A stretch of 64,000 bases of DNA from an uncultured Candidatus Binatia bacterium (GTDB taxonomy: Bacteria > Desulfobacterota > Binatia > UBA9968 > JAJDTQ01), in contig OZ219754.1 in the NCBI GenBank assembly GCA_964291295.2, forward strand, positions 1,888,001 through 1,952,000. Reading direction: 5' to 3'. Shown one piece after another: positions 41,472 to 50,982 of this stretch; position 1 is the first letter of the stretch; every line of letters starts with the position of its first letter. Under the pieces are notes generated by a model. That model was not told the DNA's origin, made no database searches, and saw only the letters and a program-made list of their open reading frames with translations. The position numbers and the translations under genes were made by a program.

Positions 41472-42659
41472 ATGAACGCCAACGAAGCGGCACAACGCAT
41501 TGAGGAAGCGCTGGACGACGGCGAACTCCGGCGTCTCCTGGTGAAGCTGCTGCAGACTCCCAGTCCCCAGACCGAGCTGCTGGAGAGGGAACCGCAGGTG
41601 CAGGCGCTCATCCGCGACGTGGTGCGGCCCGAACTCGAGGCCGATGGCGTGCAAGCCGCCATTGACGACATGGGCAATCTGACGGCGCGGTTGCCGGGCC
41701 AGGGCAAGGCGCCGGGTCTGGTGCTGGTGTCGTACGCCATGAACGCCGCACCCGGCACCATGCCCGATCCGTACTCCGGGAAGATCGTGGACGGCACGCC
41801 CTATGGACTCCAGGGGCCGTGCGGCTGGGGGCGCGGTGCGTGCGAGCAGAAGGGCAGCCTGGCGGCCATGCTGAGCGCGGTGAAGCTTGTCGCCCGGAGC
41901 GGATGGAAGCTGCCCGGCGACCTCTTCTTCGTCACCAGCACCGCCGGGGAAAGCGGCAAGCACGAATCCCTGGACTACGTGCTGTCGGGCGGCGTCATCG
42001 ACGCGGACTGGGGCCTCATCGACGGTCCGCCGGAGATCCAGTTGGGCAACAAGGGCCGCATCGACGTGCGCATTGTCGTGCGCGGCCGCGCCGCCCACAG
42101 CAGCCGCCCGTGGGACGGCGTCAACGCGGTGGACGGCGCGGTCAAGGTGCTGGAGAGGCTGGCGCCGATGATGCCCTTTCCCGAGGACAAGCGGCACCCG
42201 GAGCTGGGCCGGGCGTCGCTGACGCCCACGGCCATCGAAAGCTACCCCAAATCGACCCACACCATTCCCGGCGAGTGCCGTATCCGGATGGACCGCCGGC
42301 TGTTGCCCGGCGATGACGCCGATCGGGCGGTGGCGCAGATTGCGGACGCCATTGGCCGCATCGAGCCCTGCGAGGTGGCGCTGGAAAAGGAAGCGTTCAT
42401 GTATCCGTGCGAGGTGGGGAGGGACGCCGGCGTGGTGGTGGCCTTGGGCGGCGCGATCCGGACCATGCTGGGCCGGGAGCCGGAATATTGTTTTTCCACC
42501 GCCGCCAACGACACCGGACTGCTCAACGTCCGGGGCATCGAGACCGTCAACTATGGCTCCCGGGCGGTGCGATTCCAGCACACGGACGCCGACCTGGTTC
42601 CGCTCAGGAGCGTCATCGAAGCGGCCAAGGTGTTCCTGTTCATGGCGCTGCACCGTTGA
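41472..42659 (+). CDS. M20 family protein, degenerate metal site
   Basis: GRGACEQKG, GNKG, GRAAHSSRPW.G.NA, DRRLLPG, QH; HxD replaced by YAMN. Confidence 0.82.
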   Translation: MNANEAAQRIEEALDDGELRRLLVKLLQTPSPQTELLEREPQVQALIRDVVRPELEADGVQAAIDDMGNLTARLPGQGKAPGLVLVSYAMNAAPGTMPDPYSGKIVDGTPYGLQGPCGWGRGACEQKGSLAAMLSAVKLVARSGWKLPGDLFFVTSTAGESGKHESLDYVLSGGVIDADWGLIDGPPEIQLGNKGRIDVRIVVRGRAAHSSRPWDGVNAVDGAVKVLERLAPMMPFPEDKRHPELGRASLTPTAIESYPKSTHTIPGECRIRMDRRLLPGDDADRAVAQIADAIGRIEPCEVALEKEAFMYPCEVGRDAGVVVALGGAIRTMLGREPEYCFSTAANDTGLLNVRGIETVNYGSRAVRFQHTDADLVPLRSVIEAAKVFLFMALHR

Positions 42660-42675
42660 CGCCGGCCCGGGCGCC

Positions 42676-42725
42676 GTCATTCCCGCACAAGCGGGGGTCC
42701 GGGGGTGGCAGGGCTTCGGAATGAC
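42676..42725. repeat. REP-like element at the left edge of the low-GC island
   Basis: GTCATTCCcgcacaagcggg...GGAATGAC terminal inverted repeat with internal cccgc/gcggg stem. Confidence 0.6.
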
Positions 42726-43032
42726 CGCAGCCGCTCTTGGGAAAGTCCGATCAGGGCGCTGGCGCGATATTCAACTGCTCGCAACCTGTTGATTTCATTG
42801 ATTCAGCCCCAGCGAACGCAGGGCTTTTCAGACCTTTCCTTGGGGTCGAGGGGGGGTCAACCGGCCCCGAGGCCCGACGTCGCCACCGCGGGGCTCTGCC
42901 CGATTATCCGTGTAAAGCGGGGCTATGGGGGTTACGATGCTTGGTGTACGGCTTCACGAATTGGGCATGGTCCGCGACCGTGCCGAACGCACCCCAAGCG
43001 GAGGTGATTTGACAAAGCGGTTCGGGAGGCCA

Positions 43033-43061
43033 TTGAATTTTTGTTCAGTTATATGTAAAGT
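43033..43061 (+). promoter_or_regulatory. Putative sigma70 promoter/operator of the TAC operon
   Basis: TTGAAT-17nt-TAAAGT, overlapping imperfect palindromes tgaa..ttca and ttatatgtaa; close to GTG 43071, so possibly leaderless. Confidence 0.5.
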
Positions 43062-43070
43062 GGTTGAGGT

Positions 43071-43451
43071 GTGGTTTCTCCAATTGCAGTTGAGTCGTAT
43101 TACAGCGTAGTTTGGGCGGTGGATGCGTCCAGAAAGAGTCCAGCCCGCAACTTCTTTTCGGGGTTGACCAGAGAGGAGCAAGCGAAGGTTCTGGCGCTTT
43201 TCAGACGATTGGCCGAGCACGGTCATATCAAGAATCGAGAGCGGTTCAAGAAACTCGAAGTGAATGGCGGGACGCTATGGGAGTTCAAGTCATTTCAGCT
43301 CAGGTTCATTGGGGACTTTCGTCCCGGAAAAGTGTTCGTCGTGGCCTATGGCCTTCGGAAGAAGTCTTCCAAGCATAAACCAAGGGATCTGAAGACGGCT
43401 GCGAGAATACTTGACGAAGACTGTGCAAGGAGGAAAGGAAATTATGGATGA
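43071..43451 (+). CDS. RelE/ParE superfamily (HigB/Gp49-like) toxin
   Basis: SPARNFFSGL, FKKL....LWEFKS.QLR, V.V.YG.RKKS.K...DLK.A; toxin-first order. Confidence 0.82.
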   Translation: MVSPIAVESYYSVVWAVDASRKSPARNFFSGLTREEQAKVLALFRRLAEHGHIKNRERFKKLEVNGGTLWEFKSFQLRFIGDFRPGKVFVVAYGLRKKSSKHKPRDLKTAARILDEDCARRKGNYG

Positions 43452-43725
43452 CGAGAACCTCGTCCTGCTTCGACAGGAAGAGTTGATTCTGGATGTGACC
43501 GAAGCTCTGGTGGGGGCACTGCAAGACGCCAACGTAAGCCGAAAGGAACTGGCCGATCGTCTTGGCCGTACGCCCGGCTACGTGTCCCAAGTGTTGGGGG
43601 GTGGCAGGAATCTGACGCTCCGAACGGTGTCCGATATCGCACTCGCACTGGGGGTGAAGCCTGTCTTCGGGGTCTCTCTGGATGCGCGTCAGTCCTTTGA
43701 TGGGTTGCCGGATGCCTCTGAGTGA
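43444..43725 (+). CDS. HigA-like Xre-HTH antitoxin; in-frame extension past the UGA runs to 43836
   Basis: VSRKELADRLGRTPGYVSQVLGGGRNLTLRTVSDIALALG; overlaps toxin stop. Confidence 0.85.
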   Translation: MDDENLVLLRQEELILDVTEALVGALQDANVSRKELADRLGRTPGYVSQVLGGGRNLTLRTVSDIALALGVKPVFGVSLDARQSFDGLPDASE

Positions 43726-43863
43726 CCGCTGGCGGCTCAGCAATGGCTGCGACAGGATCCTCGATGGGAGGCATCGTTCGCTGATGACCGATCCTGTACC
43801 CCCTGTTACGATCCCGGCCAGCTTTGCGCAGCTTAGCAACATTGGCAGGACTCTACGATTGAC

Positions 43864-44322
43864 ATGTCTGAACTACCGAAAGTCGCTTCGGTCGCACAGT
43901 TCCAGAGCGTGAGGCTCAGCGATGGCAGTTTCCGTTCGATAAGGATTTCCGAAGCTGCGGATGAGGTTACGATTAGTTTGTCGCATGATGCCGTAGTCCT
44001 GGCGGAGCCCCGAGACGGAGCCCCGTTTCTTGTGGAAGTACGCTTCAGGTTTGAAGCTCTGGGGAAGGACGACGGTAAAAGGAGCAAAAGCAACAGGAAA
44101 CAGGCAGAAATTCAGGGGACGTTTGAATTGACATATCGGCTCCCGGACGGCGAGGCCTTCTCAATGGATGACTTGACAGCCTTTGGTCAAGTCAACGCCG
44201 TGTTCAACGCGTGGCCTTATTGGCGTGAGTATGTTCAGTCTTCTTTGGCTCGAATGTCGATGCCCATTGTGACAATTCCACTCTTCCGAGTGGAAGCCAC
44301 CAAACCGGAATCCACCAAATAG
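43864..44322 (+). CDS. SecB-like chaperone of the TAC module
   Basis: AEIQGTFELTY, NAVFNAWPYWREYVQSSLARMSMP.VTIP is the SecB C-terminal signature. Confidence 0.82.
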   Translation: MSELPKVASVAQFQSVRLSDGSFRSIRISEAADEVTISLSHDAVVLAEPRDGAPFLVEVRFRFEALGKDDGKRSKSNRKQAEIQGTFELTYRLPDGEAFSMDDLTAFGQVNAVFNAWPYWREYVQSSLARMSMPIVTIPLFRVEATKPESTK

Positions 44323-44349
44323 CGCCAGCCGGTGACCTCTTCTGGATTC

Positions 44350-45099
44350 TCAGTTGTTCTTGTTCGCGATCAGGACGACGTCCGGGGACGGGGCGATGCG
44401 GGGCTGGATCTCCAGCCGCACGGCCTCCCTGAGAGCGATCCCCTGTACGGTCACGCGGGCCCGGTAGGGGTATATCTCCACCCCGGCGCGGGCCGCGCGG
44501 CGCAGCCAGCGGCCGTATGCCGCATCGATCTCGTCGGCGGGCCTGAAGGAGGCGCACGGTCCACGCTGGATGATGAACAGCAGCACGGCGCGATGGCCCC
44601 GCCGCCGCAGCCGGATGAGTTCCTTGAGGTGCCGGGTGCCGCGCTCGCTGACGGCGTCCGGGAAGAGGGCGACCCGGTCCACCATCAGCGTCACGTTCTT
44701 TACTTCCACGTAGCATAGCTGCGAGGGCTTCTCGAGAAGAAAGTCCAGCCGTGATCCCGGCCGGGTCGGCACCTCGGCACGGAGGCTCCGGTAGCCCTGC
44801 AACTCCCGGATCACGCCGGTCTCGATGCCCTCCCGCGCCAGTCGATTGGCCGCCAGGGTATTGATTCCCACCAGGCTGCGGCCCACCCGGATGAGTTCCC
44901 AGGTATAGGGAAGCCTGCGGTTCCTGCCGTGTTGTTCCGAGAGCCAGACCGGGCTGCCGGGCGCGCTGCAGCCCTTCATGCTGCCGGTGTTGGCGCAGTG
45001 GGCGGTCACCACCGTGCCGTCGTCGAGATGAACGTCCGCGAGAAATCGCTTGTAGCGCCGAATCAGGGTTCCGGGCACGAGCGGACGGGAAAAACGCAT
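44350..45099 (-). CDS. sfsA: DNA/RNA nuclease SfsA
   Basis: RRYKRFLADV, HCANTGSM, SRLDF, VEVKNVT, FPDAVSERG.RHL.EL. Confidence 0.95.
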   Translation of the reverse strand: MRFSRPLVPGTLIRRYKRFLADVHLDDGTVVTAHCANTGSMKGCSAPGSPVWLSEQHGRNRRLPYTWELIRVGRSLVGINTLAANRLAREGIETGVIRELQGYRSLRAEVPTRPGSRLDFLLEKPSQLCYVEVKNVTLMVDRVALFPDAVSERGTRHLKELIRLRRRGHRAVLLFIIQRGPCASFRPADEIDAAYGRWLRRAARAGVEIYPYRARVTVQGIALREAVRLEIQPRIAPSPDVVLIANKNN

Positions 45100-45215
45100 G
45101 GCGGGGGCCGCTTCACGAGGACTTCACGAGGACAAGGGGAAAGCGCACACGGCCGTGTCGCGCCCTCCGGCGCGCGTCCGTCGTTCCCGGGTATTCGGGA
45201 GTCGGGCGGCAACTC

Positions 45216-46085
45216 CTATCCGCCCTTGCCGGCGAGGCACTGCCTGGCCGCACGGCGCAGCAGTACGCCGATGAGGTGGCGTTTGTACTCCGCGCTGCCT
45301 TCGCGATCATCGGTGAGCGCGGCCTCGTCGGCGAGGGCGCCGGCGGCCTCCTGGAGCCGCGGGTCGAGGGCATCCGCCGGGCCGTCGAGGAGGGTTTCGG
45401 CTGTCGTGGAGCGACAGGGCGTGGGGCTGACGCAGCCCACGGCGCAACGGGCCTGGCGGATCTCCCCGTCGTTGTCGAGATCCAGGGACAGCGCCAGCCC
45501 CAGCAGCGGCCGCTCATGGACCTGGAACTTGAGGTAGGCGACGCGCTGCGACGGCCTCGGCACCGGCACGTCCACGCCGGTCAGGACCTCGTCCGGGGCC
45601 AGGGAATTCTCGTAGGCGCCCGCCAGAAGCTCCTCCACGGACAGGGTCCGTGCGCCCGCCCTGCCCTGTGCGTGGACGGTGGCGCACAGGGCGGACAGCA
45701 GCGTGGCGGGGTCGGAGTGGGGCTCGGCAAAGCAAAGATTCCCGCCCAGCGTGCCGGCGGCGCGCACCCGCACGTTGGCCACATTGGCTGCCATCTCGGC
45801 CATGACCGGCAGCCACTCGCGGACGACGGCGGAGCGCTCGATGGTCCGGTGCGTTGTGGCGGCGCCGATGTGCAGGTGCGAGTCGCGGCGCTCGATGCCG
45901 TCCAGGCCGGCCACGGCCTTGATGTCGATGAGGTGCGGATACCGCAGCAGGTCGTGCCGCATGGCCAGCAGAAGCTCGGTGCCGCCGGCATACCGCGTGC
46001 CGTTCTCGCCGTAGTGCGCGAGCATCTCCGTGGCTTCCCGCAGATGGGCCGGCCGGTGAATGACGAAACGGCGCAATGGCATCAT
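45216..46085 (-). CDS. Xanthine dehydrogenase/CoxM family FAD subunit
   Basis: AGGTEL, VRAAGTLGGNL..AEP.SD, GSAEYKR. Confidence 0.9.
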   Translation of the reverse strand: MMPLRRFVIHRPAHLREATEMLAHYGENGTRYAGGTELLLAMRHDLLRYPHLIDIKAVAGLDGIERRDSHLHIGAATTHRTIERSAVVREWLPVMAEMAANVANVRVRAAGTLGGNLCFAEPHSDPATLLSALCATVHAQGRAGARTLSVEELLAGAYENSLAPDEVLTGVDVPVPRPSQRVAYLKFQVHERPLLGLALSLDLDNDGEIRQARCAVGCVSPTPCRSTTAETLLDGPADALDPRLQEAAGALADEAALTDDREGSAEYKRHLIGVLLRRAARQCLAGKGG

Positions 46086-48382
46086 GGCTTGTGGTCTCCA
46101 CGGGCGCCGCGTGTTTCACGGATGGCGCGCCAGACCTTCTCCGGCGTAAGCGGCGCCCGGCGCACCCGCGCGCCCGTGGCGGCAAAGACCGCGTTGGCGA
46201 TGTTGGCGGGCAGCGAATTGAGCGACGCCTCGCCGCCGCCCTTGGCACCGTAGGGTCCCACCCCGTCGCGGTTTTCCACCAGTTCCAGTTTCACCGTCCG
46301 CGGCATGTCGGAAAAGCGCGGCAGGCGGTACTCGAGGAGGTTGCCGTTGAGAAGCTGGTTGCGGTCGAACTCCAGTTGCTCGAACATGCCGATGCCCATG
46401 CCGGTGACCGCGGCGCCGATGTCCTGACCCTCGGCCAGGGCCGGGTTGATGGCCAGGCCGACATCGCCGGCAGTGCCGAGCTTCTCCATCGTGACCTTGC
46501 CGGTCTCCTCGTCCACGGACACCTCGATGCCGGTGGATGCGGCTTCCCAGAACACCGGCAACTGGGCGAAATCGCCGTCCTTGCGGATGTAGGCGCGGCC
46601 GATGACCTCGCCGTCCGGGAGCCTGTAGTAGCGGGTCAGCACCTCGGACCAGTCGAGCCGTACCTCGCCGCAGGTGATGCCGCCGCGCACCGGCGTAATC
46701 TCCGACTCCTGGACTCCGAGCACGTCGGCCGCCATGCGGACCATCTGTTCCTTGGCCTCGCGGCTGGCCTCCTGCACGGCACGGCCCATGAGGGTGGTGG
46801 TGCGGCTGGCGCCGGTGGATCGGTCGTAGGGCGTGATGGCGGTGTCGGAAGCGACCACCCGGACCACGTCGAAGGGAACGCCGAGCTCTTCGGCGGCGAT
46901 CTGCGGCAGCACCGTGTGGCTGCCCTGACCCAGTTCGGTGCTGCCGATCATCAGCGACACCGAGCCGTCGGCGTGCACGCGCACGGCCGTGGAGGTGAGC
47001 GGGTAGGCGCCGGCATCGCTGGCGGAGCAGCCGATGCTGCGGCCGTGCCCCTCGGGCAGCGGTTCCTTCCAGCCCAGGTTGTCGGCGACGATCTTCAGAT
47101 CCTGGGTCAGGGTGCCGTCGAACGGACGCATGCCGGGAAAGAACGCTTGCCTGGGGCGCGCCACGTTGTCCAGGCGGAACTCGCAAGGATCCTTGCCGAT
47201 CCTGGCGGCCAGTTCGTCGATCTGCGACTCGCCTGCCATGGTCACCTGGGCGCAGCCGAAGCCTCGGAAGGAACTCGCCGGCACCGTGTTGGTGTACACC
47301 GAGTAGTTGTCGATGCGGACGTTGGGGATGGCATAGGGGCCGACGCAACGGTTGGACGACTTTTCGCACACCAGCGGGCTGTTCTCCGCGTAGGCGCCCG
47401 TGTTCATGTAGATCCTGGCCTGTCGCGCGATGATCTTGCCGTCGGCGTCCACCGCGGTGCGCATCCAGGTCAGCGCGTCGTCGCCGCGGGTGGTGAGCAT
47501 CGCCTCTTCCACGCTCAGTTGAAGCTTCACCGGCCGGCGCACCTTCCAGGCGCAGGCCGACACCAGCGGTTCGATCTTGGTGTACGATTTGCTGCCGTAG
47601 CCGCCGCCCACGAACGGCACGATGAGCCGGATCCGGCTCACCGGCATGTCGAAGACGGACTTGAGGTCGTGCCGCACCATGAAGGGGTGCTGGGCCGACG
47701 AGTAGAGGGTGACGCCGTTGTCGTCCACCTCGGCAATGGCCACGTAAGGTTCCATGGCGTAGGCGTAGGCCATGGGAAAGTAGTACTCGCCCTCCACCAC
47801 CGCGGCGGCCCTGGCGAACGCCGCGTCCACGTCGCCCCACTCCACATGGTGCTCCTGGCACAGGTTGGAGCCGCGGCCGGCGGTGACTTCGCCTTCGAAG
47901 CCGCGCAGCGCGCCGGCCTCGAACCGGCGTGCGTGCAACAGCGGCGCGTCCTTGTCCAAGGCCTCCCGGGGTTCCATCACCGCGGGCAGTTCCTGGTACT
48001 CCACGCGGATCGTCTCCAGCGCCTCGCAGGCGGTCAACTCATCCTCGGCGATGACGGCGGCCACCGGTTCGCCGGCATAGCGCACCTTGTCGATGGCAAT
48101 GAGCGGGTGGTCCTTGACGGCGTGACCGAAGTAGGGGTTCAGGCCCTCCAGGTCATCGCCCCGCAGCACGCCGAAGACTCCCGGTCGGGCCTCGGCCCGG
48201 GAGGTGTCCATGGAGACGATCCGGGCGTGGGCGTAGGGGCTCCGCAGCACCTTGGCCCAGGCCATGCCCGCGAGCCGGATGTCGCTCACGTAGAGCGCCC
48301 GCCCGGATACCTTGGCGCGGCCGTCGCGGCGCGGCACCGAGCGATTGACCACCTGGAAGTCGCCGCCCTTGTCGCCGCTCAT
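46082..48382 (-). CDS. Xanthine dehydrogenase family molybdopterin subunit
   Basis: RSPYAHA, AMEP, VGGGYGSK, SSFRGFG, ELGQG, GAKGGGE. Confidence 0.92.
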   Translation of the reverse strand: MSGDKGGDFQVVNRSVPRRDGRAKVSGRALYVSDIRLAGMAWAKVLRSPYAHARIVSMDTSRAEARPGVFGVLRGDDLEGLNPYFGHAVKDHPLIAIDKVRYAGEPVAAVIAEDELTACEALETIRVEYQELPAVMEPREALDKDAPLLHARRFEAGALRGFEGEVTAGRGSNLCQEHHVEWGDVDAAFARAAAVVEGEYYFPMAYAYAMEPYVAIAEVDDNGVTLYSSAQHPFMVRHDLKSVFDMPVSRIRLIVPFVGGGYGSKSYTKIEPLVSACAWKVRRPVKLQLSVEEAMLTTRGDDALTWMRTAVDADGKIIARQARIYMNTGAYAENSPLVCEKSSNRCVGPYAIPNVRIDNYSVYTNTVPASSFRGFGCAQVTMAGESQIDELAARIGKDPCEFRLDNVARPRQAFFPGMRPFDGTLTQDLKIVADNLGWKEPLPEGHGRSIGCSASDAGAYPLTSTAVRVHADGSVSLMIGSTELGQGSHTVLPQIAAEELGVPFDVVRVVASDTAITPYDRSTGASRTTTLMGRAVQEASREAKEQMVRMAADVLGVQESEITPVRGGITCGEVRLDWSEVLTRYYRLPDGEVIGRAYIRKDGDFAQLPVFWEAASTGIEVSVDEETGKVTMEKLGTAGDVGLAINPALAEGQDIGAAVTGMGIGMFEQLEFDRNQLLNGNLLEYRLPRFSDMPRTVKLELVENRDGVGPYGAKGGGEASLNSLPANIANAVFAATGARVRRAPLTPEKVWRAIRETRGARGDHKP

Positions 48383-48882
48383 GGGCGCGCCTCCTCCTTC
48401 ATAATCGCCGCCGCCTTGCGTATGGCCTTCAGGATCGGCAGGTATCCGGTGCAGCGGCAGAGGTTGCCGTCCATGTGGTGGATGATCTCGTCGTCGGTGG
48501 GGGCGGGGTTGTCGTCGAGCAGCGCCTTGGCGGAGAGGATCATGCCCGGCGTGCAGAAGCCGCACTGGAACGCGAACTCGTCGATGAAGCACTGCTGGAT
48601 GGGGTGCAGTGTGCGGTCGGCGTCCTCCAGCCCTTCGATGGTGGTGACGCTGCGTCCCCGGGCTTCATAGGCCAGGCAGGTGCAGGAACTCACCGGCAGG
48701 CCGTCCACCAGCACCGTGCACGCCCCGCACACCTGCACCTCGCAGGATATCTTGGTACCGGTGAGATTCAGACGGTTCCGGAGTACCTCCGACAGGGTCT
48801 GCTGCGGCTCGCACTCCACGGCCACGTCCTTGCCGTTGAGTTCGAAGCGCAGGTCCACGATGGTTGGTGACGGCTTAGACAT
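48379..48882 (-). CDS. Xanthine dehydrogenase family (2Fe-2S) subunit
   Basis: C....CGACTV, QCGFCTPG, NLCRCTGY. Confidence 0.93.
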   Translation of the reverse strand: MSKPSPTIVDLRFELNGKDVAVECEPQQTLSEVLRNRLNLTGTKISCEVQVCGACTVLVDGLPVSSCTCLAYEARGRSVTTIEGLEDADRTLHPIQQCFIDEFAFQCGFCTPGMILSAKALLDDNPAPTDDEIIHHMDGNLCRCTGYLPILKAIRKAAAIMKEEARP

Positions 48883-49897
48883 AGTGCGGCAGGATCTCCT
48901 CCGACCAGAGCAGCATTTCCTTGTGCAGGGTATCCATGTCCGGGTAGATGAGCTTGAGTTCGAAGTGCTGCACGCCGGCTTCGATGAACTCGTCGATGCG
49001 GCGCCGGACGTCGTCCACCGAGCCTATGATGTGGCGGTCCAGGGCGAACTGGATGTTGTCCACGTCGCGTTCGTAGGTGTGGGAACTCTCGCGGATGGTG
49101 GGCAGCGCCAAGGTCATGGCCTCGTCCCGGGTCCGGGCGATGGCGGCGAGCTTCTCCACCGCGATCCTGATGCCGGCGGGATCCCGGCCGGCGTCCTCGG
49201 CCGCGTTGCGAAGGAGTTCGCAGCCCCGGGCCATCTCCCCGGGTGAAAGCCACCCGGGGATCCAGCCCTCGCCGTAGCGTCCGGCCCGAACCGCAGCCTG
49301 GTCCATCCAGCCTCCCACCCACACCGGGGGATGAGGTTGCTGCACCGGCTTGGGGTGTATCTCGGCATTGTCGAACTTGAGGTATTTGCCCTGGTAGGAG
49401 GCCATGGGCTGGGTCCAGATGGCCTTCATGGCCTCGATGTACTCGTCGGTGCGGTGGCCCCGGCCCTTGACGGGTACCTCGAAGACGTCGAACTCGCTGG
49501 AGTCCCGCGTTGCCTTGGAGCCCAGACCTACGCCCACCAGCAGCCGCCCGTCGCACAGATGGTCCAGGGTGGCGCACTGCTTGGCGGCGTAGATGGGGTT
49601 GCGCAGCGGCATCACCAGGCAGGCCACGCCGATCCGGATGTTCCGGGTCTTGGCCGCCAGGTACGACATGGTGGTCATGCACTCGAAGAAGTTGGCATCC
49701 TGGGCGTCGGTGAGGGCCTCGGCGGCGCCCGAAGAGATGTGGTGCCGGTGCATCTCAGAGCTCCACACCACGTGGTCGTGGAGCCAGATGGTGTCGAAGC
49801 CCAATTCCTCGGAATCCTGCGCTGCCTTGACGATGTTCTCCTTGCTGGAGAGCGGACCCGAGTTGGGCACCCGGATTCCGAATTCGAACTTGTCCAT
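48875..49897 (-). CDS. LLM-class flavin/F420-dependent oxidoreductase
   Basis: GFDTIWLHDH, LD.L.DGRL.VGVG.G, PKPVQQPHPP.WVGG. Confidence 0.9.
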   Translation of the reverse strand: MDKFEFGIRVPNSGPLSSKENIVKAAQDSEELGFDTIWLHDHVVWSSEMHRHHISSGAAEALTDAQDANFFECMTTMSYLAAKTRNIRIGVACLVMPLRNPIYAAKQCATLDHLCDGRLLVGVGLGSKATRDSSEFDVFEVPVKGRGHRTDEYIEAMKAIWTQPMASYQGKYLKFDNAEIHPKPVQQPHPPVWVGGWMDQAAVRAGRYGEGWIPGWLSPGEMARGCELLRNAAEDAGRDPAGIRIAVEKLAAIARTRDEAMTLALPTIRESSHTYERDVDNIQFALDRHIIGSVDDVRRRIDEFIEAGVQHFELKLIYPDMDTLHKEMLLWSEEILPHYV

Positions 49898-49978
49898 GGT
49901 CGGATCCTCCAGGGTTTTCCTGGCTGCGCGAAGCCCGCCAAGGGCGTAGCGCGGTGAAATCGAGCGACGTCGAGAGTC

Positions 49979-50893
49979 CTATGGCTCGGTAATGCCGATG
50001 CGGTCGTACTTGAGGTGGCGGTTGTACCAGTCCACCACCGAGCCGGCGATCTGATCGAAGTAGTCGTTGTAGACGCCGTAGTGGGTGGTCTTCCTGAGCA
50101 TCACCAGCTTCTTGGGCTCTCCCGCCTTGTCGTACATGCGGATGGAATGCTCCTCGGGCGTGGTGGCGTCGTTCTCCACCGCGATAAACAGCACTCCCCG
50201 CGGCGAGATCCGGTGTACGACATCCTCCGGGCGGTAGTCCAGGATCGCGTCGGCGCACTGTAGCGGCATCTGGTTCGGAATCTTCGATGCCACCTCCTTC
50301 TTGATGCTGGTGGTCTTGCGTTCCGGCGTCTGGACCATGATCTCCTCGCGGGCCGCCACCTGTTCGCCGGCACCGGTGCGCACCCGCACCCGGCGGTCTT
50401 CCTCGATGCGTTTGAGGTAGTCGAGCCACTCGTATTCCCGGCGCATGGAATGCAGCCAGTCGCGCCCGTTGCAGACGCCGAGGTAGCACACCACGGCCTT
50501 GACCCGGTCGTCGGTGCCGCCCACCAGGACCGCGTTGCCTCCGCCGGTGCCGCCGGACCCGTAGGTGGCGATGCGGTCGGAGTCGACGTCGTCACGGGTT
50601 TCCATGTAGGTGATGGCGTTGCGGATGTCCTCCGCCTGCCACGCGGGCATGACCCAGCCCTTGTGGGGACCTTCGCTCTGCCCCCAGCCGCGGTAGTCGA
50701 AGCACAGGCAGGCATATCCCGCCTCGCACAGCCGCTCGAACATCAGGATGTAGTGTCTGGCGTCCTTGAGCCCCAGGAAACCCGGGCCCTGGACGATGCC
50801 GGGCCACGGCCTGCCCTGGTCGCCGTCCGGCAGATAGACGGTGCCGTGGACCTTGCAGCCCTCGCTGTAGAAGGTGATGTCCTCTGTTCGCAT
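49979..50893 (-). CDS. Alpha/beta hydrolase (S15/FrsA-like), atypical nucleophile elbow
   Basis: FDYRGWG.SEG, QAEDIRNAITY, DRI..YGSGGTGGG, D and HY in catalytic positions. Confidence 0.85.
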   Translation of the reverse strand: MRTEDITFYSEGCKVHGTVYLPDGDQGRPWPGIVQGPGFLGLKDARHYILMFERLCEAGYACLCFDYRGWGQSEGPHKGWVMPAWQAEDIRNAITYMETRDDVDSDRIATYGSGGTGGGNAVLVGGTDDRVKAVVCYLGVCNGRDWLHSMRREYEWLDYLKRIEEDRRVRVRTGAGEQVAAREEIMVQTPERKTTSIKKEVASKIPNQMPLQCADAILDYRPEDVVHRISPRGVLFIAVENDATTPEEHSIRMYDKAGEPKKLVMLRKTTHYGVYNDYFDQIAGSVVDWYNRHLKYDRIGITEP

Positions 50894-50982
50894 GTGGTTC
50901 TCCCCAGTGCTCCGGACCGGCGGCGACGTGCCCGTTCCCGGCCCGAGACCGCCGGCTTCGGGCTGTCGAATCCCGAGAGCGC

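Noticed and set aside
42780-42870. tRNA remnant or att site (aacctgttgatttcattga...ccttggggtcgaggggg) at the island edge
   Set aside because: No cloverleaf or T-loop, no matching repeat at the other border, no integrase.
46082-48382. Aerobic CO dehydrogenase CoxL
   Set aside because: Active-site loop is SSFRGFG, not AYxCSFR; a generic Mo-hydroxylase.
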